A stretch of 64,000 nucleotides of DNA from Actinomycetes bacterium (GTDB lineage Bacteria; Actinomycetota; Actinomycetes; Actinomycetales; Dermatophilaceae): contig JAEZWF010000017.1 of assembly GCA_023420415.1 (NCBI GenBank), positions 39,501-103,500 on the forward strand, written 5' to 3'. Shown piece after piece: positions 61,584 to 64,000 of this stretch. The stretch's first letter is position 1; every line of letters starts with the position of its first letter. The notes beneath the pieces were generated by a model, which saw only the letters and a program-made list of their open reading frames with translations, did no database searches and was not told the origin of the DNA. A program made the position numbers and the translations under genes.

Positions 61584-61621
61584 CGAAGGCGCCGCATCCC
61601 CCACGGGGTGCGGCGCCTTCG
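61584..61621. terminator. Hairpin between convergent mscL and helicase genes
   Basis: CGAAGGCGCCGCATCCC-CCAC-GGGGTGCGGCGCCTTCG. Confidence 0.75.
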
Positions 61622-61711
61622 TCATGCGCCCCACTCGTTGCCGCTCGCTCGGCATCCGGCCCCTCTTTCGCGCCACCATGCCGACTCACCGGCAACCAGT
61701 GCTGGTCTGGC

Positions 61712-64000
61712 TCAGTCGCGGCCCCAGTGCGGCGGGCGCTGCTCGCGCAGCCAGCGATCGTGGGCCGCGTCGTCGGAGCGCTCGCCCCAGCCCTCGTCGG
61801 TGTCGTCGCGGGTCTGGTCGGGCTTGGCCTTGCGCTTGCGCCCGCGCACGATGCGTCGCTGCCGGGCCTTCTGGTCCGGCTCGGGCGTGAACTCCGGCCC
61901 GTCAGGCCCGGGCGCCTCGGATGGTGGCCGGTTCTCGGTTTCCTGGTCGACGTTCCGGCCAGTTTCCGCAGAATCGGCCAACTTCTGGTCGCTGTCGGCC
62001 ACCTGCTCGCCGACCTCCGGCTCCGGCTCGGGCTCGGGCTGGGACACCGCTCGGGTGCTCTCGGCGGCGTTGCGCGCCGACACGGCCTGCTGCACGGCCG
62101 AGTGCACCCGCGCCACGTCGCGCGCCGGGTCACGGAAGAGGTCGGTCGACCAGACCCGCACGTGCATCCAACCGAGCCGCCCGAGCTGCTCGCCCCGGAG
62201 CCGGTCGCGGTCGCGGGTGCTGGGCATGGCGGCGTATGCCGCGCCGTCGGTTTCGACGGCCACGAGCACCGAGCCGGGTCGGTCGGGGTCCTCGACGGCG
62301 AGGTCGATGGGGTGCGTCTGCGACCCGAATCCCTCGTGCACGACGAGCCCGGTCTTGCGCAGCCGCTCGGCGAACTCGGCCCGCAGCGGATCTGCGATCG
62401 GGGGCACAACCGTGCCGGATGCAGCACCTTCGCGCCCCCGATCCGCGTCGGGGTCCGCGGCATACGCGAGGAAGTCACGCAGCATCTGCGCACCCCGCGC
62501 CCTGAGCCGTGACGGGTCGAGGTCGGCGGCGACGAGGGAGGACACCACCGTCATCCGCCGCCGCGCCCGGGTGATCGCGACATTGAGGCGACGCTCGCCG
62601 CCCTCGAGGTTGAGCGGTCCGAACCGGTGCAGCACGCGACCGTGCGGGGTCTTGCCGTAGCCGATCGCCAGGATGATGGCGTCGCGCTCGTCGCCCTGGA
62701 CGCGTTCGAGGTTCTTGACGAAGAAGCGTTCCGGCCGGTCCTCGTCGAAGAACTCGGCGACATCGGCGTTGGCCTCGGCCGCGAGTGTCCGGCGCAGCGC
62801 CTCGTCGATGCGGTTCGCGTGCTTGATGCCGAGGGCGATGACACCGAGGGACTCATCCGGGCGCGTGCGCGCGTGCTCGAGCACCAGGGCGATGATCCGC
62901 TCGACCTCGGCGTCGGTCGACTCGATCGCCTCCTCGCCCGGCTGCACCACGCCGGCTCCCTCGACAGCCTCGAGCCGAACTACCGGCTCGGTCCCGGTCC
63001 CCGGGAACGTGACGAGCGAGCCGTCGTACATCTCACGGTTGGCGAACGCCACGAGCCGCTCGTCCAGGGAGCGGTAGTGCCACGACAGGCGACGCGTCGG
63101 CAGTGCGGCGGTGAGGACGTCGAGCACCGACTCGAAGCCCTCGGTCAGCGCTTCGTCGTCCCCGGGACCACCGCTCTCGTCGTCGACCGCGGAGGTGAAG
63201 AACGACGTCGGCGGCAGCTGCCTCTCGTCACCGGCGACCACGACCTGCCCGGCCCGGGAGATGGCCGAGACGGCCTGTGCGGGCGGGATCTGGGAGGCCT
63301 CGTCGAAGACGACGACGTCGAACCAGCGCCCCGGCGGCAGCACCGACGCGACGACCAGCGGAGACATCGCCCAGGCCGGTTTGATGGCCGTGAGCGTCTC
63401 GCCGGCCAATGGCAGCAGGTCGCGCAAAGCCTTGTGCCGCCTGGACTTTCCGGCTTCGGCGCGCACGAGCGCCTCCTGCTCGGGGTGGTCGGCGAGCACC
63501 TCGCGCAGCCGGCGTCCGGCTCCGGCCTGCACCCGGCTGGCACTGGCCTGCAGGTGGGCGCGGTCAGCGGCGATGTACTCACGCGCCACGCGCTGCAGCT
63601 GCGCGCCGTCGTGGGCGCCGTAGCGAGGGTCGCGCACGATGAGGTCGTCGGACAGTGAGGCCCACCAGACGAACTCGAGCTCGCGTGCCACGTCGTCCGC
63701 CGCGACGCCACGGTCGGCGAGCTCGTCGACGAGCGGCCCCAGGCCTGCTTCGCGGAGGGCGTCCAAGGCGCCCACGACGCGCGGCACGACCGTGAGCCGC
63801 TCGGGGGTGGCCGCCAGCTCGGCGAGCCGTCGGCGCAGAGTCGGCAGGTCGGACTCGAGCAGGGCGCCGCCTTCGGAGGTGGGCCGCAGTCGCTCGCCCA
63901 GCCAGGTCAGCTCGTCGGCCAGGGTGCGGTATGCCGTGCGCGCCCGGTCGAGGTCGACCGGGATCTCGGGTCGGCCACCGGCGCCGGCCATCTGCTGCCA
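61712..64000 (-). CDS. Superfamily I (Upf1/DNA2-like) helicase with a C-terminal nuclease-like domain (5' part outside the window)
   Basis: SPLVVA, FDVVVFDEASQI, GDERQLPPTSFF, HYRS, KNLERVQGDERD, RRLNVAITRAR, IDLAV...VAVETDG..Y....TRDRDRLR..QL..LGW...RVWS. Confidence 0.88.
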   Translation of the reverse strand, partial: WQQMAGAGGRPEIPVDLDRARTAYRTLADELTWLGERLRPTSEGGALLESDLPTLRRRLAELAATPERLTVVPRVVGALDALREAGLGPLVDELADRGVAADDVARELEFVWWASLSDDLIVRDPRYGAHDGAQLQRVAREYIAADRAHLQASASRVQAGAGRRLREVLADHPEQEALVRAEAGKSRRHKALRDLLPLAGETLTAIKPAWAMSPLVVASVLPPGRWFDVVVFDEASQIPPAQAVSAISRAGQVVVAGDERQLPPTSFFTSAVDDESGGPGDDEALTEGFESVLDVLTAALPTRRLSWHYRSLDERLVAFANREMYDGSLVTFPGTGTEPVVRLEAVEGAGVVQPGEEAIESTDAEVERIIALVLEHARTRPDESLGVIALGIKHANRIDEALRRTLAAEANADVAEFFDEDRPERFFVKNLERVQGDERDAIILAIGYGKTPHGRVLHRFGPLNLEGGERRLNVAITRARRRMTVVSSLVAADLDPSRLRARGAQMLRDFLAYAADPDADRGREGAASGTVVPPIADPLRAEFAERLRKTGLVVHEGFGSQTHPIDLAVEDPDRPGSVLVAVETDGAAYAAMPSTRDRDRLRGEQLGRLGWMHVRVWSTDLFRDPARDVARVHSAVQQAVSARNAAESTRAVSQPEPEPEPEVGEQVADSDQKLADSAETGRNVDQETENRPPSEAPGPDGPEFTPEPDQKARQRRIVRGRKRKAKPDQTRDDTDEGWGERSDDAAHDRWLREQRPPHWGRD

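Noticed and set aside
61712..64000. Helicase-nuclease as part of a defence island
   Set aside because: The gene is truncated by the window and neighbours mscL core genes; no partner defence genes are visible, so this cannot be supported.

Overview
This is a high-GC actinobacterial chromosome segment. Gene content and order suggest Micrococcales, possibly Intrasporangiaceae (inference). The core backbone runs prs-glmU-tRNA-Gln, ABC-F-ispE-rsmA-rpfB-tatD-metG-rsmI-pmt, then tRNA-Ala-glpR-rimJ-mog-moaC-moeA-UGPase-5-FTHF cyclo-ligase-FmdB-MTAP-mscL. Accessory genes are interleaved: tam/TamR, a two-component system, a DUF559-type nuclease gene, rtcB, a stressosome-like operon, a ROK/ABC/alpha-galactosidase cluster and a SigL/RslA-like pair. 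No integrase, transposase, rRNA or CRISPR array was seen. The most striking signal is a non-palindromic octamer, CGGCATAC/GTATGCCG, which I counted by eye about 78 times on both strands against roughly 2 expected. It is embedded in genes through rare codons and paired into intergenic hairpins, much like a DNA uptake sequence. Also notable: (i) an RsbR-RsbS stressosome whose RsbT kinase is fused to an ECF sigma factor, followed by a stand-alone RsbU N-terminal-like domain; (ii) a REP-like repeat family bracketing the DUF559 nuclease gene and recurring elsewhere; (iii) small genes enclosed by direct repeats. All counts and coordinates were read by eye and all family calls come from motif recognition, not database searches.
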